Of a stretch of 32,000 nucleotides of DNA, positions 1 through 7,166 are shown in pieces. Under the pieces are notes generated by a model. The model ran no database searches, had not been told where the DNA came from, and saw only the letters and a program-made list of their open reading frames with translations. A program made the translations under genes and the position numbers. Source of the DNA: Candidatus Saccharimonadota bacterium (GTDB lineage Bacteria > Bacteroidota > Bacteroidia > Cytophagales > Amoebophilaceae); NCBI RefSeq assembly GCF_964030745.1, contig NZ_OZ034918.1:480001-512000 (forward strand), read 5' to 3'. Every line of letters begins with the position of its first letter. Within the stretch, counting starts at the first letter, position 1.

Positions 1-910
1 GATCAATTTCAGGATGAGTTTCTAGGATTAATTCTACCGCGACTGAAGCACCCTGGTCAACTGCCCACTGCATAAGATTAACATACCCTTTGGCACTTAA
101 ATCAATATCTTTTTGTTGCAATAAGTACTTAACCACATCCTTATGACCCGTACGTGCTGCTTCATTTTTATCAGCTATTACATGCATCAATAGTGTCCAA
201 TTGAATTCTTTATCATCCCTGGCATTTATATTTAGACCTTTAGCAAGCCAATATTCTATTCTTTCTTCCGAAAAACCATGGGCTTTAAGGTCCCTCATCA
301 CCTGGTCATCTAAGACCATGGGATTCGCTACTGTAACACCATCATCGGTTAGCTGCGTAGTAGTTGCCGCACTTGTAGTACTTGTAGTACTTGTAGTACT
401 TGTAGTACTTATAGTACTTATAGTGCTTAACGTAGTTAGCATGGTTGTCGGCTCCTGAGAAACCGTCTCATCCGTACCCCATTTTTTTTCGCCCCCTTCT
501 ATTGCCTTAGTAGTGTTTTCTGCTAGTTCAGGAGTCATATTTGTAGGCAATATAGTAATACTACTTGTACTCAACTCGGTTGAGGTGAAGGGTGAAGAAG
601 TGGTTACATTAGTACCATTATGTATATCTGGATCTAGTTTATTGGATGGATTAGCAAGATGATAAATGCCGCACACTGCCCCTCCAACGAGGCTAGCGAC
701 TACAACCATTCCCGTCATCACCAAGCAAACAGTTGTTTTCGGATTAAAAGTATAACTTCTTGCCACATTATCGTATGCCTGGCGCATTTCATACCTCACA
801 TTATGAAATGAAGTTATCCCTTGCCTTGCATTGTTGACACACGAAGCCAAGGTATTAAACATCAACAGGCCGATAAATAGGCCTACTCTATAGTGCATAT
901 ATGTTTTCAT
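1..910 (-). CDS. Ankyrin-repeat protein. The 5' end is complete and the 3' end runs off the window (303 codons visible). It has a lipoprotein-like signal, a second hydrophobic helix, a Ser/Thr-rich linker and C-terminal ANK repeats.
   Basis: Absent from the ORF track because it is open at the window edge. I translated the minus strand codon by codon from the ATG at 910-908 down to base 2 and found no stop: MKTYMHYRVGLFIGLLMFNTLASCVNN...TTVCLVMTGMVVVASLVGGAVCGIY...TLSTISTISTTSTTSTTSTTSAATT...NINARDDKEFNWTLLMHVIADKNEAARTGHKDVVKYLLQQKDIDLSAKGYVNLMQWAVDQGASVAVELILETHPEID. L-A-S-C fits a lipobox. GHxDVVKYLL is an ANK consensus. Confidence 0.8.
   Translation of the reverse strand, partial: MKTYMHYRVGLFIGLLMFNTLASCVNNARQGITSFHNVRYEMRQAYDNVARSYTFNPKTTVCLVMTGMVVVASLVGGAVCGIYHLANPSNKLDPDIHNGTNVTTSSPFTSTELSTSSITILPTNMTPELAENTTKAIEGGEKKWGTDETVSQEPTTMLTTLSTISTISTTSTTSTTSTTSAATTTQLTDDGVTVANPMVLDDQVMRDLKAHGFSEERIEYWLAKGLNINARDDKEFNWTLLMHVIADKNEAARTGHKDVVKYLLQQKDIDLSAKGYVNLMQWAVDQGASVAVELILETHPEID
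371..424. repeat. In-frame 9-bp tandem repeat, 6 units (acttgtagt x4, acttatagt x2), inside the ANK gene. It encodes (T/I)ST repeats on the minus strand.
   Basis: Read directly from the sequence. The repeat is also the source of the spurious VVLVVLVVL plus-strand ORF at 201..458. Confidence 0.95.
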
Positions 911-1214
911 AGCATTTAAATTTAATTACATATAAATAACCACGATCAAGCAGTATGCTTGCAAGGCATATCCCATTTGACATACCTATTGCACGATCTG
1001 CTTAACTGTAACAAGGCAAAAAAAATCCATGAGCCACAATAGGCACCTAGGGTTTCCTCTTAACCATTTGCCTAATTAAACTTAATAGTAGACTACAAAA
1101 AAATATATAGCATTCCAAATAAAATAGATAAAAAAATGCAGCACTTATAAGAAGATAGGGGAGAAATTTTGAGATCATCAAGTGTATTGTTTATCATACA
1201 CCTACACATCGATG

Positions 1215-2480
1215 TTATTCTCTTTTCTTCGATGTCTGTATATGATTCAAAAACTGCGATAACACACTTTTTACCACCTCCTCGTCTACGCTTTCATTCT
1301 GCTTAAGAAGATCCATTGGGAGTTGGTGTTGATCATTTTTTTGTGTTACATCAGTATTTACGCTCTTTAATAGCTCCGTTATTACTTCTATATGACCTTC
1401 ACGTGCTGCCACATGTAAAGGGGTATCACCAATACCATTTTTCGCATTTACATCAATACTGGTTTTAGGTGCTTCTAGGAAGGATGCTACAACACCTGCA
1501 TATCCTTTCTCTGCTGCCAAATGCAAGAGTGTATTCCCATCTCCATCACGTACATGTACATTAACGTTGACTTTTGAATCTAGGATGATCCTTACGATAC
1601 CTCCATAGCCATTAAGAGCTGCCCACTGCAGAATATCAACATAACCCTTGGCACTTAAATCAATACCTGGTACTTGTAATAAGTACCTAACTGCATCCTC
1701 ATGACCCTTATATGCTGCTTCATACAAGGGGGTTTTCTTATAATTATTTTTCGCATTTACGTTAATCTTATCTTTAAGCACTAGAAGCTGCTTTATAACC
1801 TCGCCATAACCCCTGCGAGCTACTAGATGCAAAGCGGTATCCCCGTCCGTATCTTGTTTATTCGGATCCGCCCCCTGATCTATTAAGAGTGCAACAACGT
1901 CACTATGTTTACCTGCTGCTGCATACATTAATGGAGTCCACTGATACGTGCTAGCATTATCCCTTGCATTTATATCTAGGCTTTTAGCACTTATATCCCC
2001 TGGACTGCTTAGCAATTTTTTGACTACATCTAACCAACCCTCTTCTGAGGCTATACATAAAAGCGCAAATAGATCCTGTCCTTTATTATGAAGATTAATA
2101 TTTTTTTGCTGACATAAAAGCTGAATAATTAACTTATAGCCTGGTTGGTTGCGCTGCGCTATAGCTTTGCCAAGTGCTGTTGTTCCTCCTGATAGCGAGT
2201 TTAAAAACATTTCCCTACTTTTTTCATCCAAACCATCTAGCTCACGTAAGATGAATTGCACTTTTCCCAACTCACCCCTATCTGCAGCATTGTGAAAGGA
2301 TTGTAAACTTGGACGTATCGATTTTGGAAGGAGTGCTTGGAAATCATTTGGTTTTTTATACCCTTTCTCCTTTCTCGCCTTACTACAGTTATCAATATAA
2401 AAAGCTTGCAAAACAAATACTGAAAACAAAGCTACAAGCGGTCTAAAAAAGAGGCGCGATTTTAAATTAATCTGTTTCAT
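1215..2480 (-). CDS. Ankyrin-repeat protein with an N-terminal signal/anchor sequence (421 aa)
   Basis: The track ORF has multiple ANK units (TPLMYAAAGKHSDVVALLIDQGADPN, DTALHLVARRGYGEVIKQLL, NTLLHLAAEKGYAGVV, DTPLHVAAREGHIEVITELL). The N-terminus is hydrophobic (LFFRPLVALFSVFVLQAF). Confidence 0.9.
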   Translation of the reverse strand: MKQINLKSRLFFRPLVALFSVFVLQAFYIDNCSKARKEKGYKKPNDFQALLPKSIRPSLQSFHNAADRGELGKVQFILRELDGLDEKSREMFLNSLSGGTTALGKAIAQRNQPGYKLIIQLLCQQKNINLHNKGQDLFALLCIASEEGWLDVVKKLLSSPGDISAKSLDINARDNASTYQWTPLMYAAAGKHSDVVALLIDQGADPNKQDTDGDTALHLVARRGYGEVIKQLLVLKDKINVNAKNNYKKTPLYEAAYKGHEDAVRYLLQVPGIDLSAKGYVDILQWAALNGYGGIVRIILDSKVNVNVHVRDGDGNTLLHLAAEKGYAGVVASFLEAPKTSIDVNAKNGIGDTPLHVAAREGHIEVITELLKSVNTDVTQKNDQHQLPMDLLKQNESVDEEVVKSVLSQFLNHIQTSKKRE

Positions 2481-2725
2481 GGATTTTTATTGTGTTATAA
2501 TCATTCAAATTCCTAAGCATACATAAGCCACCTAAAGAAAAGTCTAGCACTCCATGCATCACCTTCCAATGGATAAACCTAAAAATTATTTCCATAATAC
2601 AAACAAATATCTAAAAAACAAAATCTATAAAATATTTATGAGGCTTATAAGCAATAAAATAGAATAGTTAAGAGCCTACTATATGAAAAACAAATACATA
2701 CTTTTATATTTGAACTTGTCTATCC

Positions 2726-5512
2726 TTGTACCAAAAGGTAAAAATAAAATTTGTTTGTGTGGCTAAATCTTATTTCCTACGTATTATTGTTTTAATGCCA
2801 TTTATACTGAGTGGTGTATCTACTTTATCAAAAGCAACTGGATATTTTAGTGACAGCCTCTATTTTAGCAATGGCTATAACACTGAGTATAAAAACTGGA
2901 TGGTGCCAAATAACTGCTTTCACTCAAAAAAGCCCTATGCCACTTATCAAAACTTGAGAAACCCACTTTTTGCCAATAAAGGCTATGAGTGGCTTGCCTT
3001 ACTACCTCGTACTAAAAAAGAAGGAGAGCAACCATTAGATATTGCACATTACCAATCGGAAAACTCAATTATTTTTGATGCTAAAAAGAATATACTTACT
3101 TTACATGGCACAAGCGGGCTTACTTATGGTAGCATGAAACTAGAGGCGGATATAGTCGCTTTGCATTTAAATGCCCATATGATCCATGCGCAAGGAAGTA
3201 AGGATTTACATAATCAATCCATAGGGAACCCTATTTTTACCTATCAGGATATAACAAAAAACAAATATGGCAAAGATGGCTCTACACAAACTCGGATCTT
3301 TTTTATGGATAAGATTTGGTATAACATCAACACCAAACGGGCTTTAGTGCATGGCCTACTTACCAAACAAGAAGAATCTATTCTAAAAAGCAAACAGGTA
3401 AAAAAGGAAGACGAAGAAACATTTTACGCTGAAGATGTATTATATACAACTTGCGGGCTAGCGCATCCTCATTTTTACATACGTACTAAGCGGGCTAAAA
3501 TCGTTCAAGATAAACAGATCACAACAGGACCTTTTCGCTTTTACTTTGATAATGTACCTACGCCATTAGGCTGTCTGTTTGGAACATTATTCCTGGAAGG
3601 AAAACGTGTACATGGCATTATTCCACCAGAGCTAGGAGAAGGCGACCATGGGTTTTATCTGCGTAATGGGGGGTACTATATAAATTTCAATGATTACGCA
3701 GATATTTCTATTTTAGGGAGTATATATTCTAGCGGTATGGCGGAGCTTAAAAATGAGCTGCGTTACAAAAAAAGATATCTGTGCAGTGGAAATATCTACT
3801 TTGCAAAGAATATAGCAAAAAAAGAGCAAGGGTGGTCTTTAAAATGTGCACATAAAACGCTAAGGCATGGCCCTAGAAGTTTCAACGCCACTATGGACCT
3901 CCATAACAAATCTTATAAAACACTGGACTATGAGGATAAAAAAAATACAAAAAGCATGGAGCATCTATCTTCTATTAGCTTGTCCTACCAGGACCAACTG
4001 ATAGGATTCCCCTATGGATTAACCTTACGCACAGCATTTAACCACAACCTGCTTTCCAATTTTAAACACTGGACTTTTCCACAAGGTACCCTAACCAGTT
4101 CTTCTTGGCATCCGTTTAGGGGTGTTCGAACCAAAGGTACCAACCACTGGTTTCATAATATTCAGTTAAAACATACTATAGATTTTGAAAACCATTTTCA
4201 AAATGCAAAAAAAGATCCTAACGCATTATACTTAAGCAATAAGCATGAGCCTATTCTGCCAACTGCTCCATGGAATCAGTATACAGAAAGTGGTATAAAG
4301 CATACCATACCATTTAGCGTACAGTCTAAGCTATTTGAATATTTTAACTTCAAACCCCATTTCAGCTATAATGAAGGATGGTATTGGCTTAAAAAAGAGA
4401 CAAAGGGACCTATACGGGTACCAGGATTTAATAGGGTGTATGCTTGGGATTTCGGTGCAGAGCTAGGGACTACGCTCTACCATACCCATTATTTTGAAGA
4501 AGCCACATCGGTGCAAGGCTTTCGCATTAAAGTGGAACCGACTATTGACTTTACCTACACGCCTGATTTCTCCAAAAAATACTTCCAAAAAGTAGTAGAT
4601 GAACAGGGAAGAGCAAAAGAAAAATATGCATTTAAGGGTCTACGGCCAGCCATCTATTTAACCAATCGTGCCACATCTATTTTAAGCTGTAAGCTACACA
4701 ATACGGTTGAGTTAAAGGTAAAAAAAGAACCAGATTCAGCAAAAAAAGGAAAAGAAAAAAAACGGACCAGTCGCAAAATATTTCTGTTAAAAAACTTAGA
4801 TTTTGGAACAAAATATGATTTTAAAGCAAAACAGTGTCATTTAACCAATGGCATTGATATGCACATTGCTAGCGAGGCAAGAATGGGCCAAATGGGAAAG
4901 ATTGGCTTTGACCTAACCACAAATTTTGACCCTTATCTATACAAACTAATAGAGCTAGATGGTGGCAAGGTCAAACAAGAACCTATCAATGAGTTTGCAT
5001 GGAACCATGGTAAATATCTAGGAAAAGTTAAGGAAGCAAAGTTCAAGATCAATGTAGATCTTACCCACCATTCGGCTAAAAAGCAAAAGCAAGAAAAAGG
5101 GCTATTGGATGACCATGATCGCTTAACCAATAAAACAGAAGACAATAAGATTGATTTTGAAACACCCTGGGCTTTTGGATCAGAATTTAACTTTGTCTAC
5201 AAAAAACTATATGAATATAGTAAGGGTAAAAAAGACTATAATATAGAGCAATATATAACCTTTAATGGGAGTATAACTTTGGTCAAAAAATGGAAAATTA
5301 GTCTACGTAGTACATATAATTTTACTGAAAGTAAATTTGATCCTTCTACTACAGAAATTTCCATTCAACGGGATTTGCATTGCTGGCAATTGAGCTATCA
5401 ATGGTATCCACTAGGAGATTCGGCTAAGTATGATTTTTCCTTAGGCGTCAAGGCAAATGTTTTAAAAGTGCTGAAACTACCTAGAAAAAGAAGCTACAAT
5501 AAACTAAACTAG
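2726..5512 (+). CDS. lptD: Large outer-membrane protein, Bacteroidota-type putative LPS-assembly protein LptD (928 aa)
   Basis: The N-terminus is hydrophobic. An OstA-like segment is present (TLHGTSGLTYGSMKLEADIVALHLNAHMIHAQG). The C-terminal motif IQRDLHCWQLSYQWYPLG...KANVLKVLKLPRKRSY matches what I recall for the Bacteroidota LptD_2 family. The start is uncertain: TTG at 2726 or ATG at 2795. Confidence 0.65.
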   Translation: MYQKVKIKFVCVAKSYFLRIIVLMPFILSGVSTLSKATGYFSDSLYFSNGYNTEYKNWMVPNNCFHSKKPYATYQNLRNPLFANKGYEWLALLPRTKKEGEQPLDIAHYQSENSIIFDAKKNILTLHGTSGLTYGSMKLEADIVALHLNAHMIHAQGSKDLHNQSIGNPIFTYQDITKNKYGKDGSTQTRIFFMDKIWYNINTKRALVHGLLTKQEESILKSKQVKKEDEETFYAEDVLYTTCGLAHPHFYIRTKRAKIVQDKQITTGPFRFYFDNVPTPLGCLFGTLFLEGKRVHGIIPPELGEGDHGFYLRNGGYYINFNDYADISILGSIYSSGMAELKNELRYKKRYLCSGNIYFAKNIAKKEQGWSLKCAHKTLRHGPRSFNATMDLHNKSYKTLDYEDKKNTKSMEHLSSISLSYQDQLIGFPYGLTLRTAFNHNLLSNFKHWTFPQGTLTSSSWHPFRGVRTKGTNHWFHNIQLKHTIDFENHFQNAKKDPNALYLSNKHEPILPTAPWNQYTESGIKHTIPFSVQSKLFEYFNFKPHFSYNEGWYWLKKETKGPIRVPGFNRVYAWDFGAELGTTLYHTHYFEEATSVQGFRIKVEPTIDFTYTPDFSKKYFQKVVDEQGRAKEKYAFKGLRPAIYLTNRATSILSCKLHNTVELKVKKEPDSAKKGKEKKRTSRKIFLLKNLDFGTKYDFKAKQCHLTNGIDMHIASEARMGQMGKIGFDLTTNFDPYLYKLIELDGGKVKQEPINEFAWNHGKYLGKVKEAKFKINVDLTHHSAKKQKQEKGLLDDHDRLTNKTEDNKIDFETPWAFGSEFNFVYKKLYEYSKGKKDYNIEQYITFNGSITLVKKWKISLRSTYNFTESKFDPSTTEISIQRDLHCWQLSYQWYPLGDSAKYDFSLGVKANVLKVLKLPRKRSYNKLN

Positions 5513-5530
5513 CCCTACACAAGTTGTATC

Positions 5531-5650
5531 GTATCTATTCACGCCTCTGGCTAGGTCCCCTTATCTCCTTCGGTAAAAAGTCTGGCCCGATAGTAAATAG
5601 CTGAAAAAGATATCGCTCAGGGGTTAGTCTTTTACTAGAGCGCCATTTTA
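5531..5650 (+). repeat. P1 palindromic element, short form lacking the 79-bp core
   Basis: It starts gtatctattcacgcctctggct...cttatctccttcggtaaaaagtctggcccgatagtaaatagctgaa, then runs directly into aaagatatcgctcaggggttagtcttttactagagcgccatttt. It is collinear with 5676-5926 except for the missing core. Confidence 0.85.
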
Positions 5651-5675
5651 TATCTATTCACCACAATGGTTTTTA

Positions 5676-5926
5676 GTATCTATTCACGCCTCTGTCTGGG
5701 CCCCTTATCTCCTTCGATAAAAAGTCTGGCCCGATAGTAAATAGCTGAATCGATATATTTTTCAGCGGGAAAATCGTGAACTCAGCCCGCAAGCGGGCTT
5801 CAAACAGACGATTTTCTAATCCGCTGAAAAATATACCGCCCAGGGGTTAGTCTTTTACTAGAGCGCCATTTTTTTATCGAAGGAGACGCAGCGGCTGGTA
5901 ATGGATTAGCCTAATTGCTTTTTTAG
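5676..5926 (+). repeat. P1 palindromic element, full copy, with a GC-rich central hairpin
   Basis: Near-identical to 9627-10023 (minus the insert there) and to the reverse complement of 15846-16070. Its arms are tctccttcgataaaaa...tagtaaa and tttactag...tttttatcgaaggaga. Confidence 0.9.
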
Positions 5927-5939
5927 AAAAACATAGCCT

Positions 5940-6015
5940 CAGTGATGAATGGATACTGATTTTTTGTCCACTTTCTTATCAAGAATAAAGTGGAATACAA
6001 TTCATTATTAACCAG
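5940..6015 (+). repeat. Repeat module: cagtgaNgaatNgatac plus hairpin tccactttcttatcaagaataaagtgga plus attcattattaaccag
   Basis: A second copy lies at 10210-10287, with the two sub-modules in permuted order. Confidence 0.8.
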
Positions 6016-6017
6016 TT

Positions 6018-6482
6018 TTAGTTTTCTTGCTCCTGCTCTTTTACAAATGCCATAATCTCCTGCTTGATGCCGGCTAACTCGGCATCATTAGCCATGATAA
6101 TTAAGGCTTTTAAAAGTTTATTATACTCTTCCATGAGCTTTAAATATTTTTTATTCAATTCCTGTAATTGATTAAAATGGGTATCCTTGAGCAGAACACT
6201 GAACTCATCGGTATATTGATGATTATCTTCTTTAAGTTTATAACGAGGGACCTTAGCATCGTCTTTTTGTGCATTTCTTTCATATATGCCTGGAAAGTCG
6301 CTTGAAAAATCATAATGTATCACCCTGCCAATCTCTATAATAAAGGATTCTTTTAAATCTGCTTCCTTTAGCCTAGTATAAAGTGTATTGCGGGCAATGC
6401 CAAGCTTCCCAGCCAATGCTTTCATACGAAAGCCACTTTTCTTAATGGCATTCTCTACTATTTTTCCTTTATGTTGTTCCAT
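6018..6482 (-). CDS. Small HTH (Fis/resolvase-like 'RNTLY') plus C-terminal coiled-coil protein, lineage-specific family, full-length copy (154 aa)
   Basis: GKIVENAIKKSGFRMKALAGKLGIARNTLYTRLKEADL fits helix-turn-helix. The C-terminal heptad-like stretch is LQELNKKYLKLMEEYNKLLKALII. Paralogs lie at 6528..6803 and 23362..23739. Confidence 0.75.
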   Translation of the reverse strand: MEQHKGKIVENAIKKSGFRMKALAGKLGIARNTLYTRLKEADLKESFIIEIGRVIHYDFSSDFPGIYERNAQKDDAKVPRYKLKEDNHQYTDEFSVLLKDTHFNQLQELNKKYLKLMEEYNKLLKALIIMANDAELAGIKQEIMAFVKEQEQEN

Positions 6483-6527
6483 GACTGCAATATAAATGGA
6501 TGCGAATAAAACAAAAAGTGTTATACT

Positions 6528-6803
6528 TTAATCTTTCCTTTTCAGGAATTCCATAATCTTTTTTTGAATGGCTGTTAGCTGGTTGCTATTGGCTGCTACC
6601 ACCAATATTTTCAAAAGCTTATGGTAGTCCTCCATAAGCCTTACATATTTGCCCCGTAATAGCTGTAGTTGTAAAAAGTATGGATGTTTATATGTGTTGT
6701 TATAATATGGAAGCTCTTTTGCTACTGTTCTCATCAGATAACCAGTTTCTTTAATAGCTTGCTCAATTATTTTTCCTGTATGCTTTTTTGTGAGCTGCTC
6801 CAT
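6528..6803 (-). CDS. Truncated paralog of the HTH/coiled-coil family. It keeps helix 1 and the coiled coil but lacks the recognition helix (91 aa).
   Basis: It aligns to its neighbour at the N-terminus (GKIIEQAIKETGYLMRTVAKEL) and the C-terminus (LLRGKYVRLMEDYHKLLKILVVAANSNQLTAIQKKIMEFLK). The ARNTLY..IIEIGRVIHYDF block is missing. Confidence 0.6.
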   Translation of the reverse strand: MEQLTKKHTGKIIEQAIKETGYLMRTVAKELPYYNNTYKHPYFLQLQLLRGKYVRLMEDYHKLLKILVVAANSNQLTAIQKKIMEFLKRKD

Positions 6804-7166
6804 GGGATAATCAAGAAGCAGCTAGGAGGCAGACAAAAAAGTACGATACTTGCTCAAGTATGTCAATAAAATTGTTAATAACATGCGCATATATTGTATA
6901 AATATTGTTAAACGTATTTCTAGGAAAAAATCGTATTTTAATGAAAGTTAGGGTTGTTTTTTGTCAAAAACAAACTATAACTGTTAAATTTTGGAACCAT
7001 GCGCAGCCTAACTCGGCTATAGGGATGTACAAAATCTTACACGCCTTGTTACAGCAGTCCTCTTTTGAAACCTATTGTTGGTGTACAATTTTTAGAAAAA
7101 GTAGCATAACGTATTGCACGATACCTAGCTGTATTTAAGGGGGATAGATGCGTTTCAAAATTGTGG

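Noticed and set aside
201-458. Track ORF (+, 85 aa) ending in VVLVVLVVLVVLIVLIVL
   Set aside because: It is the antisense reading of the 9-bp tandem repeat. It lies wholly inside the longer minus-strand ankyrin ORF (1..910), which has recognisable domains.
4933-5145. Short antisense ORFs inside larger genes (4933..5145, 7354..7874, 10716..10922, 12516..12890, 13887..14257, 14981..15193, 19955..20633, 22745..23008, 25929..26138, 28347..29052, 30614..31051)
   Set aside because: All lie inside, and antisense or out of frame to, longer ORFs with clear family motifs. Their compositions are typical of shadow ORFs.
5531-6015. Possibility that the dense repeats at 5531-6015, 9627-10287 and 15704-16135 are CRISPR arrays
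   Set aside because: The units are 80-250 bp, palindromic, nested and dispersed in both orientations. There is no regular short repeat/spacer periodicity and no cas genes.
6684-7138. Track ORFs 6684..6869(+) and 6905..7138(+)
   Set aside because: The first overlaps the 91-aa HTH paralog in antisense. The second is Cys-rich, has a non-ATG start and lies in a promoter-like spacer. Neither has supporting motifs.
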